A stretch of DNA of 64,000 nucleotides from Podarcis muralis (Eukaryota): NCBI RefSeq assembly GCF_964188315.1, contig NC_135659.1, forward strand, positions 32,674,001-32,738,000, given 5' to 3'. The notes under the pieces are model-generated. The model ran no database searches, had not been told where the DNA came from, and worked only from the letters and a program-made list of their open reading frames with translations. Made by a program: the position numbers and the translations under genes. Shown in pieces: positions 37,001 to 49,980 of the stretch (the stretch's first letter is position 1; every line of letters begins with the position of its first letter).

Positions 37001-38896
37001 TTATGAACAATACAAAAAAGGTCCCGTGCACCACTGCATTCGCCCCACCCCACCCCAGTTAAAACAACTGAGCTGCCATTTTAAGAGTTTATAAAGTTAG
37101 GTGCTTGGATTTCTGAGCCTAGATACTTGGTAGCACAAAACAAATATATTGGTTGCCATTTGGGGTATTCCTAAAAAGGGGAGGGAGTAGTTTTAAAGCT
37201 TGTATGGTTGCAGGATTTTGTGTTGGGGATGCAGTTTGTTTTAACTTGACTGCTTGACTTTAGTTTCTCAAAACAAAATGTTGGGGCCTGAAATGAATAA
37301 GGTTACATGATCTACAAAGCAAACTATACAAAGTGTCTGAGACCTCACTATCTATCTCGGAAAGTTGTTTGTCTTCTTCTGTTCACTTGGCATTTGGACA
37401 CCACTAAAGATACCATAACCAGATTTTGCATGCTGGTTGGTTCCTGAGTTAAAGGAGCATATATATTTTTTTGTATCTTTGGACACCATTTTCAAGCAAG
37501 ATGGTTGACTGAACCTTTCAAAAGTGTGCTTATTTTAACTACTGATTTTAAAACTACACTTTAAAAAATTCAAGAGATGCCAGGTATTTCTGCTAGTATG
37601 AAATACTCTTGCACAGGGATGTGATGCTATGTATTTGGCATCCGGATTTATTTTTGCACAAGTACCTGTTATATTGAAATTAGCATTTGCGCTCATCATT
37701 CTACGTTTCCTGTGGTGGCTTTGCATTAGAAGGGGGAAAACCTAGTGTGATAGAATATTGCTGGTGTTTGGCATGTTACTTATGTGAAGAGAGGGCAAGG
37801 GTAGGGTTGATTGCTTAGCTCTGTTTCCTGTATTGCATGGCTTCTCCTGCCTCCACCATGTCTGCCAAAGCTTACTCAGTGAGGAACAGTCAAACATGTG
37901 GAAGCTGTGTGATGTACATAGTGAAAGGTCCCTGTTGCAGAAGCTATGGCAATCACAATGCACAGCCCTGCAGCACCCATCACCACATTTAAAACTCTGT
38001 ACACTTGACTAACAAGAGTAAAGAGACCTATAGACAAGAAACTGTTCTAAATTGTAGCAGAGGAATTCAGAAGTTGCTAAAAAAACAAACAAACCCAAAA
38101 ACCCTCTATTTTGGGTTTGTGGGTGAAATGTCCGTTGGCTCCTTGATGCAGTTTCTTTTCCACAACCACAACACATTCCACACTCCTGTGGAAGATGGCA
38201 TCATAGGTCCCAGTCTACAGATGCAACAGGACGAGGCGGTAGAATTGATGGTATCATTTCAGACCAGAGGTTGCTAGAAATGGGGGGATTATATTTTTAA
38301 ATGTTCCAATGTGTTGAGAGCTTGCTTCAAGTTGATCAGCACAGTAGGCGAAAAGGTAGACTAGAACTCTTCTCCTCAATGATTTACTTTCATATTTCCA
38401 TGGAGGTATGTGTTTGGGTTTTTCTAGGGGGTGGTGGAGTTCGGTAGAGGAGTGGTTAAAAGCAGCATGCTCCACTTCTAGCTTGAAGCACGATATAATC
38501 CATTATGCCACCTTGTTCTTCTGTGGGTATAGACCCAACCACAGTGTAAAAAGTTCTAAACGCAAGATTCATTTTCTTCCCTTCAGCCCGGCTGATCCTC
38601 ATTTTGCTGCTTTAGGTTTGAGCAGCTGCTTCAGGCTGTAAAGATTTCTCTCCCTAGGGTGTGGTTTTTTGTGTGAGCACCAATTCTGGGCTTTGAATAG
38701 CACCACAATGGTAAAGTTAACACAGTACTTTTTCTTCTGCCAGTATGTAAGAACTGGTACTACAAGATTTCCTGATATGGTGAGTGGTAGTCTTGAAAGG
38801 GCCATAGCTCAGGGGATAGAACATTGGTTTTGCATGGAGAAGTCGCCGAGTTCAGTCAGTGGCATCCCTCACTAGTGCTAGGAATGTCCTCTAGAG

Positions 38897-39032
38897 CAGT
38901 GTTTCCCAACCTTGTGCCTCCAGCTGTTTTTGGACTACAATTCCCATCATCCCTTGCCACTGGTCTTGCTAGTCAGGGATGATGGGAGTTGTAGTTCAAA
39001 AACAGCTGGAGGCACAAGGTTGGGAAACACTG
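38897..39032. mobile_element. Hairpin hAT MITE
   Basis: Near-perfect 136-bp palindrome with perfect TSD ctctagag. Confidence 0.93.
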
Positions 39033-39648
39033 CTCTAGAGAGCCACTGCCAATTATTGTAGACAACACTAAGGACATGGACTCAGTATAAGGTATCTCCC
39101 ATGCTCCATAAGAGTATTGCACTATCAAAGAAGGTAAAGCAAAATGGGAAAACAGAATATGCAGAAAAGGAAAATGTCCCAGTAATTGCATTCTACCCTG
39201 AATGTCTAGTTCTAAGATTATTGGAATTCTTTTTGGCATAACTCATCGGACGTTGAAATGGAAAGTGTTATAGTGTTGTGACAGCTTCCCCGTATTATTT
39301 AATTATTAGATACTATTTTCTTTTTGGCCATCCATCCATTAGCAAACATTGAATACAGAATTCGTGAGGGAAGGTTTAAAAATCGGAATTAGAAATCATT
39401 GCGAGATCTGAGAACTGGAATTATTTGCAGGATTTTATAATATGCAAAATGGGCCATTTGTAACACATGTGCTTATGCATACATGCCTTGGGATATATGC
39501 TCATACATACATGTATTGAGGTTCTGGGATGTTCTGGGAGTGGTACCCTTGTGCTTTGTACATATGCTCACAGTGTGTGCAGGGAGGTGTCTGCTGGCGT
39601 CTGTCGTTGCAGTTTGTTCATTGCACCATGTCTGCATCTCTTCTGAAG

Positions 39649-39830
39649 GTGTTCTCAAGGACTATTTAAGAGAGCTGCCTTCCCCCTTGATAACCAAACA
39701 ACTCTACGAAGCTGTGTTAGATGCCATGGTGAAAAAGCCCTTGAAAATGACAGCGAATGGATGTGATAATAACCCTGGTGATTCTGAGCATACAGTGGCT
39801 CTCTTGGATTGCCTTCCAGAAGTGGAGAAG
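39649..39830 (+). CDS. SYDE2: SYDE2 coding exon 5 (RhoGAP)
   Basis: [27 protein letters not shown]...[10 protein letters not shown]. Donor AAG|GTAAGT. 182 nt, phase 1/0. Confidence 0.96.
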
Positions 39831-42800
39831 GTAAGTATCGTTTGCTGGTCTGATGTAGATGGTATATTAAATTCCAAATCCGTTTTAAAGAAAACAGATT
39901 GCGTCTTGACCTGAGACAAATGGACTCTTCCATAAGATGTTGGACTACATGAATCATACAACAGGGGCGTCTGAAAATATTGCTAAGCGGGTAGTTAGAT
40001 CAGTCTAGTGAACCCATTCTTATTCATGGCAATACTAAGCTGTTTTTGTCTTTGCATTGCTGGGTTTCTATGATGCTAAATAGTGTTAGCTGACCTTCTG
40101 TCCAGATTTATGTTGGCATTGCTGGAGGTGCAACAGCAGAGATCATTCCATGTGCAAATTAAAGGTTTAATTTTATTGGTATTAAAGTCAACTAGTCGAG
40201 AGGATAGGTGGAGCTGTTGCTTAGCAACCAGGCTGAGAGTGGCATGATGTTTGCTGAGGTAGAATGTGGTCCAGTTGACTATGTAGTTCTGAAGTCGCTT
40301 TTCTCTGTGTGGCTCCCTCTGCACTATAAATTTAAAGCAGTAAACGTGCTACTTTAAACAGTCAGGACTTTTCCCAAAGAATTATGGCAAACTTAGGTTT
40401 TTTGTTTTTGTTTTTGAAATATTTTTATTAGCTTTCAAATTATTATGGAGCCACAGAGATTGCTAAACTATAACAGAAAATTCAATAATATATCCACCCT
40501 AAGGACCAGGACATACAGAACCTAAACAATATTAAATAATGGCATCCAGTCTGAAATCATGACAACCATATTTCTCTAGACTGCATGGGGAGAGATGCCT
40601 GTAAATCTGAAATTAAACTGTGTGAAATTTAATTCCACCACAGTGATTAGAATGATCAAAACCTTCGTTTTTTTAAGGGTGCTGGGTATTGTTAAGAGAC
40701 CACTATTCTCACAGACCTACCATTTCCAGCGTGGAAATCCTTCTCAAATAGATCCATGAACTCTGATAATGCTTCTTGTTTGCCTGGATGGGGTGTGTGT
40801 GCTAGAGATGGATGTGCGAGTGTGTTAGGAAACTAACCTGCAGACTTGGCATCTAGATAATATAGATTGCAAGTGTCCTGCAAGAAGGTTTGTGTTCTGC
40901 TACTGTCGCCATGCCCCCAGTAGTGAGCAAAGCGAACTTTAGACTGCAGATGTTTAAAAACATCTGCTAAGCACAGCAACTTAATGCTCCATCTTAGCAG
41001 ATCATTTCCATGTAAACAGAGGGCCTGGGAGCCAAAGAAAGAACATATACATGGCAGCAAACAACACCTGCAGCTACAGCTCTGCTTTTAATTATTTGTT
41101 TATTTTCTACACAGTTCCCACTACCAAAGAGAGAAACTCAGTTTTTTTGGGGGGGAAACACTGAACAGTGGCTTTGTCTTCCACAGTGGAAAATAAAAAA
41201 GCAAATCTCCCAACAGTTCTCTCTTAGGCATGCATGGCCCCTTTTAGATCCCCATGCCGGCAAAAGCAGATTTGGCAAGCGCTGTGTGGTTGCTTTCAAA
41301 TAGTAATTTAAAAACGGTAAAGTGCTGCATTTTGTTTATGAATGAGATGGTGCGACGTCTGTGAGTGACTGAAAATAAACGAAAGGCGAGATCGTTCAGC
41401 AATGCTGATGGAAAGGCCCATTGATTTTGAGCAAAGCCGAACACTGTGAATGTTTAACCGACAGTCAACAATAATGCGTGTGCCTGTTCTGAATATATCA
41501 GGAGACAATGATTTTATTGACTTGCTAAGCTGCCACGTGTTGACTATTTTCCCCCGGACCACTGTAATTTTCAAGCACCTCTAACGAAAGACTGCTGCTT
41601 AATTAATTTCACACACAGCCAGCACAAGTGGGCATTCTAACCTTCCCAGTGAAGGAAACCAGCTGTGCCATTTTATACTCGGGCAGCTAGACAGGGGAAC
41701 TTTTTCCCCCTACGTTGAGTTACTTAATCCCAAAGCTTTATTTAAACAAATAATATTTATGTTTTCCTCCGGCATCTTACCCTTTCCTTATCCAAGAGGG
41801 GGCCAAGAGGCAGAGATGAGGCAGGCTGGTGCTGAAGCCCACCCTCCTGCTGCAACCACCTCACCTCCCTTCTGGTCTCTCAGAACCCAAAGAAGTACGA
41901 AGAGGGTGGAGCAAAGACATGCAAGATGACAGAGCCTCAGACTGCCTGGGGAAAAACTGGGGGAGGAGGCGACTTAGGGAGCTGGGGGAAGACATGGACC
42001 TTGAGTCCTTGCAACTGCCACATTGGGGCAAGATCTACCAGGAAGTGTTGTTGTGCTCACTAGGCCTGGCCTTCGGAGCGTGTCTCCTTGAATGAAGAGA
42101 GTTAAATTTACTGCCACCGTGTGAGTTATCGCTGACACCCACCCTGACAAAAAGGATGATTGTAGTCCCACAACATCCTGGAGGGATACTGGCTAGGTGA
42201 GTTCTGTGGTGGAACTCTCACATGTTGCTGCTGTTGGCATAAGAGAAAATTATGTGATGATACCAGTTGGAGAAAAGGAGACACCTGCAAAAGGAAACCA
42301 TGCATGCTGTGGTAGATTATTGCTCTGGTTTTTGCTATCGTGATGCCCACTGCTGAAGAGCCAAGTGGTGAGGCAAAGAGCCCCCTGCAGTCTGCCCTAT
42401 GGGCTGCTGTGCCAATAAAACAGTTCCTTGATAGCTAAAGCTTCACTTTGAGACTGAATGTGTTTTACAATGCTTCCAAAGAGCAGTGTGAGCATAAAAC
42501 ATACTAAAGATTTTTTAAACTGTAACTAAAATGGCCCATCTGTGACTGATTATGCACCCAAGTATGTGATGAAGCACAATTCCATGTTTATGTGGAAGCA
42601 AATCCCACTGTTTTCAGCTAGGCTTATTTCCAAGCAAGTGTGCTTAGGACTGCAGTTTAGGGCTCTTTGGCAAATTGTTCCTGAAGAAGGAATTACAGAA
42701 CTCAGAGCAGCTGTGAAAACACCAGTTATCTGCACCCTTCTACGTGGCACACAAAAAGGTACTATCGAAAGGTTATCTTCTGTTGACTGTTGGCATCGTG

Positions 42801-42948
42801 CATAAATGACGATATTGTGGCTATGTGAAAAGGCCCGATTCTTCAAGAGGATTAGAAACAAAACAAAAACCCTCTTTCCCCCCACCAACCTGAAGCTAAC
42901 TAACTCAAATTATTCCCCACCCCCACCCCATTTTTTTTTAATTCTTAG

Positions 42949-43180
42949 GCTACTCTAAGGATGCTGTTGGACCATCTGAAATTGGTGGCTTCGTACCATG
43001 AAGTAAACAGAATGACATGCCAGAACTTAGCTGTGTGTTTTGGGCCTGTGCTACTGAGCCAGCGGCAGGAAACCACCAATCACAACAACAGAGTTTTCAC
43101 AGATTCAGAAGAGCTTGCCAGTGCCTTGGATTTCAAAAAACACATAGAGGTTTTGCATTACCTCCTCCAGCTGTGGCCAG
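42949..43180 (+). CDS. SYDE2: SYDE2 coding exon 6 (RhoGAP end)
   Basis: [36 protein letters not shown]...HYLLQLWP. Acceptor TTCTTAG|, donor CAG|GTAAAA. 232 nt, phase 0/1. Confidence 0.97.
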
Positions 43181-43544
43181 GTAAAAGTCTTAAAGGAGCA
43201 TATCTGGAAATAATTTAACTCTTTATTTGCAGAGGGGGAGCTGTGTTGGGCTGTAATCCAAACCCCCACGCTGGGTTTAGGAGGGAGGCATTCCTAGGCT
43301 CACTTCTGCCAGCTCAGCTGGTTCCCCACCGGTTTGCCCAGTGGATAGCCCTCAAATGGGGAATTCCAAGGGCAGGGCAGTGTTGAGCCAACCCCGCTAG
43401 AGCCCAGGCTGCTCTCAGGGCCGACACTGGCCAGCAAAAAGCCTGATGCAGCCTGCAGGGCCTCAGTAGCAGCAGCTGTGACAGATTTGGATTGCAGTCT
43501 TAGTCTGTTGCTGCAAAAAACCAAACAAACCAGAGTGTCTTAGC

Positions 43545-43985
43545 ACATTTATTACGGCTTAGCTTTTGCAGAGTAGGGACCACTTCATCTGATGCATGAA
43601 GCATTACCCTAAATGGGCAAGTATAGGTACATATATATGTAGAGAAGGAAACAGTATTATAAGCAATGAGGTCAGGGGCAAATGAAAATCACAAATTACA
43701 TAGTGTGACAATTACATTAAAGTCAAAATGTATGTAACATTGTAACAAGGACCATTCACAAAGCAGTGTTGATGGTAACACAAATACACAGTCCAGGCAT
43801 GAGTCAGCTAATCACACCTATAGTGGAGTTACCTTGATTCAGGCTACTAGTGATAGGACCAAACTTCTTGATAAATTGTAATTCAGCAGGCGTCAAGCTG
43901 GAGTTTCCCACCTGAAGTTCCTTTGCTTGAGAATGGCCACCCTAAGGTCAGTAACTGTGTTATGGGGAAGTTGAAATGTTCTTAC
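43545..43985 (-). mobile_element. Penelope-like retroelement 3' fragment
   Basis: Minus strand EHFNFP*HSVTDLRVAILKQRNF, then after a frameshift AELQFIKKF...LNQ, typical of the Penelope GIY-YIG C-terminus. Followed by the agcttttg...ccacttcatctgatgcatg terminal motif. Confidence 0.72.
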
Positions 43986-44969
43986 CTTTATTTTTATGTA
44001 TTCACTTATTTATTGTATATTATTATTGAGTTTATTTGAGAAAGGTGATGCAAAAGGGTTTAAATAAAAATTGGTGGTGGTTATTTTATTTTTTGGCATG
44101 CCAACTAGAGGAAAGGAAGTGGATAAATAGAATATGAATGTTGAAGTGTTTCTCCCCCCCACCCGCCCCCAAGGTATAGCATAGCAAAAAAATGCCATTT
44201 TAGGTATGAAGCCAGAGTCTGCTTGATATTTCAGAATACTCATCATCACCATATAGTTCTGGTGGTTGCAGCAAAAGACACACACTCTCAGTATTTTTCT
44301 CCATCACCGATTACTGGTGCCTCAGCAAATAACTTATGCCTTAGGAATATTTCCAGAATGCTTTCCGGAGCCAGAAATATTTGATATCAAGCTCTTAATC
44401 CCATTTCAAGCAGAACTGCTTCAGTAGTCAGGAATAAAGCTGATGATCGCAGCAGATTAAGTAGGCAAGTCTGTGAAAGGCTGTGTACTGGGAGGACTGT
44501 CTCATGTTCTGCATAAGTGTGTTTTCGATTGCCTGCCTTTTTGTAGTTTTGAATGAGCCACACTTAAGAAGGCTTGATCCTAACACTGGTTAATGACAAC
44601 TGTTAAGGTCAGCAGTGATCAAGTGAAACTCATTTCACGATAGGTTTGTGGCATCACTTGCCAGATCAGATGAGTCATCTGAAGCTTCCCTAAGGAGATG
44701 GAGGGTTCCCCTGTGCTACCCACTGGTTCCAGTCTGGTTGCTGATATGGACCATAGAGTGGATGGGGCAAGTCTGCTTCAACTGCCTTTTGGGTGCCTAG
44801 ACCACATTGAGAAATTGTTTCCATCTCCTACCATTCCAGTTTCTACCATCAAATCCTGATGGTACGAAAGATTGGGTATTCAGGGCAGAACCCTAGCTTC
44901 ACTGTGCTACAGGTTGTCGATTGGTAATGTACTGAAAGCCCAGCCCACTCTTAGAAATGGATATTTATA

Positions 44970-45220
44970 GAGAGCCAGTGTGGTGTAGTGGTTAAGAGCG
45001 ATAGTCTCGTAATCTGGTGAACCGGGTTTGATTCCCTGCTCCTCCACATGCAGCTGCTGGGTGACCTTGGGCTAGTCACACTTCTTTGAAGTCTCTCAGC
45101 CCCACTCACCTCACAGAGTGTTTGTTGTGCGGGAGGAAGGGAAAGGAGAATGTTAGCCGCTTTGAGACTCCTTAAAGGGAGTGAAAGGCGGGATATCAAA
45201 TCCAAACTCCTCCTCCTCCT
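44970..45220 (+). mobile_element. tRNA-derived SINE (probably Squam3-type), intact
   Basis: Uninterrupted counterpart of the 18134 copy, flanked by tatttat on both sides. Confidence 0.9.
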
Positions 45221-45356
45221 ATTTATGGCCTTCCAGTGTTTATGTAGCAACAATATCTCCATTTCCAATCTGTGCAGTAATGTGGAATATTCTTCATCCA
45301 CCGGTTGATCCACCCAGTGCATAGCAACGTAGCTGTCTGGAGTTGTGTGCTAACGT

Positions 45357-45496
45357 TCTCAGTTGGTTAGAGGGTGGTGCTGATAACGCCAAGGTTGCAG
45401 GTTTGATCCCCGTATGGCACAGCTGCATATTCCTGCATTGCAGGGGATGGGACTTAGTTGATCCTCAGGGTCCCTTTCAACTCTACAATTCTGTGA
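45357..45496 (+). mobile_element. tRNA-head / CR1-tail SINE
   Basis: Homologous to 233-391. Confidence 0.75.
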
Positions 45497-48429
45497 GTCC
45501 AGCAAGCAGGACGCAGTGCAGATCTGCAATTAAATTTCACTGAATTGGGGGCAGAGGAGACTATTGCACGAATGCAATGAAGACAAAAATATTTAACTGA
45601 CCCCAAACATTTAGAAGCGCTCACTTGCTGTCCACGAAATACCATTGTTGATGCTGTCCCCTGAGCTGCTCTATAAGTGCAAGTCCCCTGTTTGCTGCTC
45701 TGTAAGTGCAAGGAGCATCCCCCCAAATGGGTCCCTGTTCCTCGGTGCTCTTGCTTTTGTCTTTCCTTGCCACTGAGAGCTTCTGCAACGCCCTAGTTGC
45801 TGTAAAAGTTCGTTCACCACCTTTCCCACAACGGGTACAACGGAAACCTCTCAAGGCAGCTACTCCCTGAACTGCTGTGGCAGGCCAGGCTGAAAGAAGA
45901 AAGTGCCTTCAGAGTAACGTGTCTGCTCCTAAGCAACAGCATCTTCTGGTGGTCACATGTATAATGCTAGCTATAACTCGCAGCCTTGCTTTCAAGGTCT
46001 GTTCGTTGCAACCATGATGTGGCCGGGCTGTCAGTGGAAGCTGAGATAGTCTCCGTAATTGGACAAATCCTCATGTTTGCCCAGGAAATGAGGGCTGTGG
46101 CTGGTTGCCTAGGATTTATGAATCTCTGATTTGAATGTCAGAGTTATAAATGTACAGAATGTATGGAGACTGCTTTGCCATATAATTTTTTGTGTGTGCG
46201 ATTATTGTCAAGGAAGCTAACCATGGAACAAATTAGAGGATTGCAAAAACTCCTTGTAGAGGCATGATACTGTACAGCGTCTTTCGGCTCTTCAAGAATT
46301 TAATTAAACATTGTGGAGTGAGCTCTGTTCCAACGAAGGAGCCAGAGCCCAGAGCTTGGGCTCTCAAAGATTTACGCCTCCAATGGATTTGAAAAACTAG
46401 ATAACCGTGTTTGTGCTCCTCATGGTTTTTTTTTTTAATTTTTAAATGGAAAACACATGTTCCTTGTTCAGTAGGAAAGCTCAACAACGCTGGCACTTAA
46501 GGTTTAACACATGACCCTTTTGCCTTAAGAGAGCAAAGCCTAAACAGAAGAGCTTTTGTTGCTGCGGAGAGTTCTCCCCACTCCCGGTTTCTTAAAGAAA
46601 AAAAGCCAAATTGTTAAAGACTAATAACAAGACATATCCCCACCAATAAGGCTTGCTTTTGCAGGGGGATCCCAGCTTGTAGTGTGCTGTTTATGGGCAG
46701 GATTTGACTCTTCACATACTACTGCAAATGCTGTGTCTGCAATTTTTACTTTTTAAAAAAGAGAGAATCTCCTGTTCCCCATTTTTGTGCAGGTAACATG
46801 TCCTGCTTTTTTACTTTTGACCTCTACGGTTGTACTTTTGAGCCTCTTGGTGGTGACTTCTGTGGTGGTTTTCAGTGACTTATGTGGCTGAGGATCACAG
46901 CAGTGCGCTCTTGTAATCTGGTGACCCTGCAAAGAATCTGACCTTGTCTTGCAAAGCCAAGGAGCGCGTACTTTCAACACAAGTCAACACCAATATTTCA
47001 TCAGTGGAAACATTCCCCCCCCTTTTTTTTAATGGAACTCACCATTTCCCTCAAAAATACGAGAGGCACAGAGAATATTCATCTTCAGAGAACTTAAAGG
47101 GAGGAGGGATCCTCTCCATGCCCCAATCCAGAAAACTACTACAGATTTTTCAGTCCCTTGTTGCTTTCCTCACTAAAGTCCTCCATCTCCTAGTCAAGCC
47201 CTTCAGATTGACCAACTATAGGCCTGAAGTGTGTCTGAATTAGACCATCTGGAAATCGTCTGAAAAGGCTCCTTGGTTGGCAACTTGATTCTGCAGACAA
47301 TACAGAATGCTCTGGCAGAGACCATTCTGCTGTTTGCAGAGCACAATGAACACAACTGCCAGCATCACTCTGCTTTGACTCCACTAAGTCATCTGGCTGA
47401 AGGAGCAGCTTTTGCAGAATTGTCGCTTTGTTGTGGGGTTTGTTTGTTTTTTAATTCCCAGCTTTGGGAAACAGGCAGGACTCCAGCATCCTGTCAGAGC
47501 CCTGGCACCTCCTTCCCTGGAAGCTTCTGTCCAGGTTAGGGAGGAAGACGCAATGCCCATGTGTAGGACATCAAGATGTCATGTGTACGATGTCACCCCA
47601 TCGCCCTGGCAAGCTGGCGCCTCTGGCCCTAACTCTTCCTGTACAAAAAAATTCATGGCATGCCACAGATGCAAAGGCCTTTGGACTGTCTGGCCATGTA
47701 CTGCATCTATGGGGAGATGGCCCCTGTGTGTTCATTTGTCTTCTTTTTTCAGTGTGGGATGTCAGAAAAACTAGTTCAAAAAACACTGGCTTTCTGTAAT
47801 ACAGTTGCCAAACCTACCCTTGCTAGAATGTTCTGTCACGTTAACGTCTGGATCCTTTCCCATATTAGCAAGAATCATATCTGACACACATGCCATGTGA
47901 GAGGCTCAAACTGTAGTTTTTAAGTATGAAATGCAATAAAACCCCTTCTGTCTATCAAACTGTCAAAGCATAACAAGGTCTAACTCTCTCCCTTTCCCCT
48001 TTCATATGTCCGCCATGCCATGCATGATCCTATCCTCCCCTTTTTCTTAGCCCAGTTATCTTCCATCTTCATGCCTAAATAAGATGTTTCCCCAGACTTG
48101 GATTAGTCTATCCTACTCAGTGCTTGAACTGTGAGGGGAAAGGTAGCGGAGGCCTCTCATGAAATCCACAAGGCCCACCCCAGACTTTCATCAGTTTTCT
48201 CCAAATCACAGTGCCCCACTCCTGGTAGACTTCTAAATACAGAAGATGGGAAGTTGGCCCCGTCACAAAATGTGGTGGCGACAGGCCCGCTTTCCCCCTC
48301 ACCCCAGTCCCAGATTCAAGCACTGCTACCAGGTCCCCTCAGTTTCTTCTGGATCATGACAACCTACATTTTTTCCATAGTTCTCTGTTGATAGCCTTTC
48401 CTTCTCCCTCATCCTTTAGCCACACCAGG

Positions 48430-48666
48430 GCGTTACCTGGTTTTCAACATCGCGTTATATATTCCCAGCTAAACCTCGCAATATACCAACATATTGCAAT
48501 GTGTGAAATAAGGATGGAGCTTTGTAGAGACAATGGCTGGCTTCACGTTTCCCCCGCATCGTGGTTTTTGTATAGCACACGTGCGCATGCACATTATAAT
48601 TACCAATTATGAAACCAATATCACGATATGGACTTCAGATTTGGACGATATATCGCCCAGCCCTAA
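48430..48666. mobile_element. Partial hAT-like MITE
   Basis: Right end acgatatatcgcccagcccta. Left TIR not found. Confidence 0.5.
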
Positions 48667-49489
48667 CCTTAGCAAGTATTTAAGCATTTGGGGGAGGAAT
48701 TATGCCCCTTTCATGTTCCATATTGCAGCCAGCAAAGAGCTAAAATTGAACAAAAATGGCATGATGGTAGAAGCACCATGGGATAAAGATATTTTACAGT
48801 TGAAATATTCAGCCATCAGCTGTCAATAAAACATTTGTACTATTTAACCATAGGGAGCCGGTAACCAGAGGAGACTTAGTTTCTTGGGGTGTAGATCCAT
48901 GAGTTCAGGTAACAAAAATTGTCAGATGTGTGCTGCATGTATTCCCCACCACCGTCTCTGAGCTGGAGTATATGGCTGCTTAGAGGTGGGGGGAAAGGAA
49001 CCTTTGAAAAGCTTCGGCTGGCTTTGCACACACTTGGATCCAAAATGGTCAGCTTTCTAGAGTGGTGGCTATATTTGCAAGCTGTTTTAACACTTGCCGG
49101 GCCTTGCTTTTGTCTTACACAGCTGAATGTGGATGGCAGATGAAAGCCCAGCCCTCACTTGAACTGCGTTGCGTTTGCGGGTTTGTGATTAACTTGCAGA
49201 GTTCATTGAGGCGCTTAGAAAATTTAACCGACTCCTGCAGTTGCAGGCGGACTAAGGCATGATAGTTTTGAGATGGAACGTTTTCTCCCAGGCTTCCCCC
49301 TCCTAATATAGGATTACTAGCTAGCTCCACTACCCCAGTAGTAGAATGTTTTGGCTGTTAAGTGTGCATGCATACATGCATGTTCCAATTGTAGAGAAAT
49401 AGAGAGAAATAATGCAAATGTTAACACTGTTGGTTTCTTGTCATATACACCGTTCAGCTAACATGTCTTAAAACTGCTGTTTGTCTTAG

Positions 49490-49980
49490 TGCAACATTCA
49501 GCCGTCAAAGAATCTGCATTGACTGAGCAGCAGTCGTCTGTGAATTACTTGAGACCTAAGAAGCAGCGGCCTCAGATGTTGAACTTGAGCAGTACTGAGA
49601 TGTCAGGCATCCTCAGGTCCAGGCCAGCCAGACTGGATAGCCCTTCAAGCAACCGCTATGCCGGAGACTGGAGTGGCTGTGGGGAGAGCTACTTCGTCAG
49701 CCCCAAGGAGGCCCTGAACGAAGCAGACTATGATGATGTTCCTTCGGAAGATGCCGAAAGTGGCGATGACGGTGGCAGAGTGGATGGCTCGGAGAAGCTC
49801 GCCGAACGGCCCCATTGCATGTCCAAAGAACACACTTTTCAGGCCTATTTGACGGTGCAAGCCATGGATTCTGCAGGGAACCACAGAGTAAACCTCAAAG
49901 ATCTGCAAGAAAGCATTGATACTCTGATAGGAAACCTGGAACGGGAACTCAATAAAAACAAGCTCAACATCAGTTACTGA
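49490..49980 (+). CDS. SYDE2: SYDE2 coding exon 7 (C-terminus, stop TGA)
   Basis: [10 protein letters not shown]...[12 protein letters not shown]...DYDDVPSED...[28 protein letters not shown]. Acceptor GTCTTAG|, phase 1. Stop is followed by an in-frame TAA. Confidence 0.96.
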
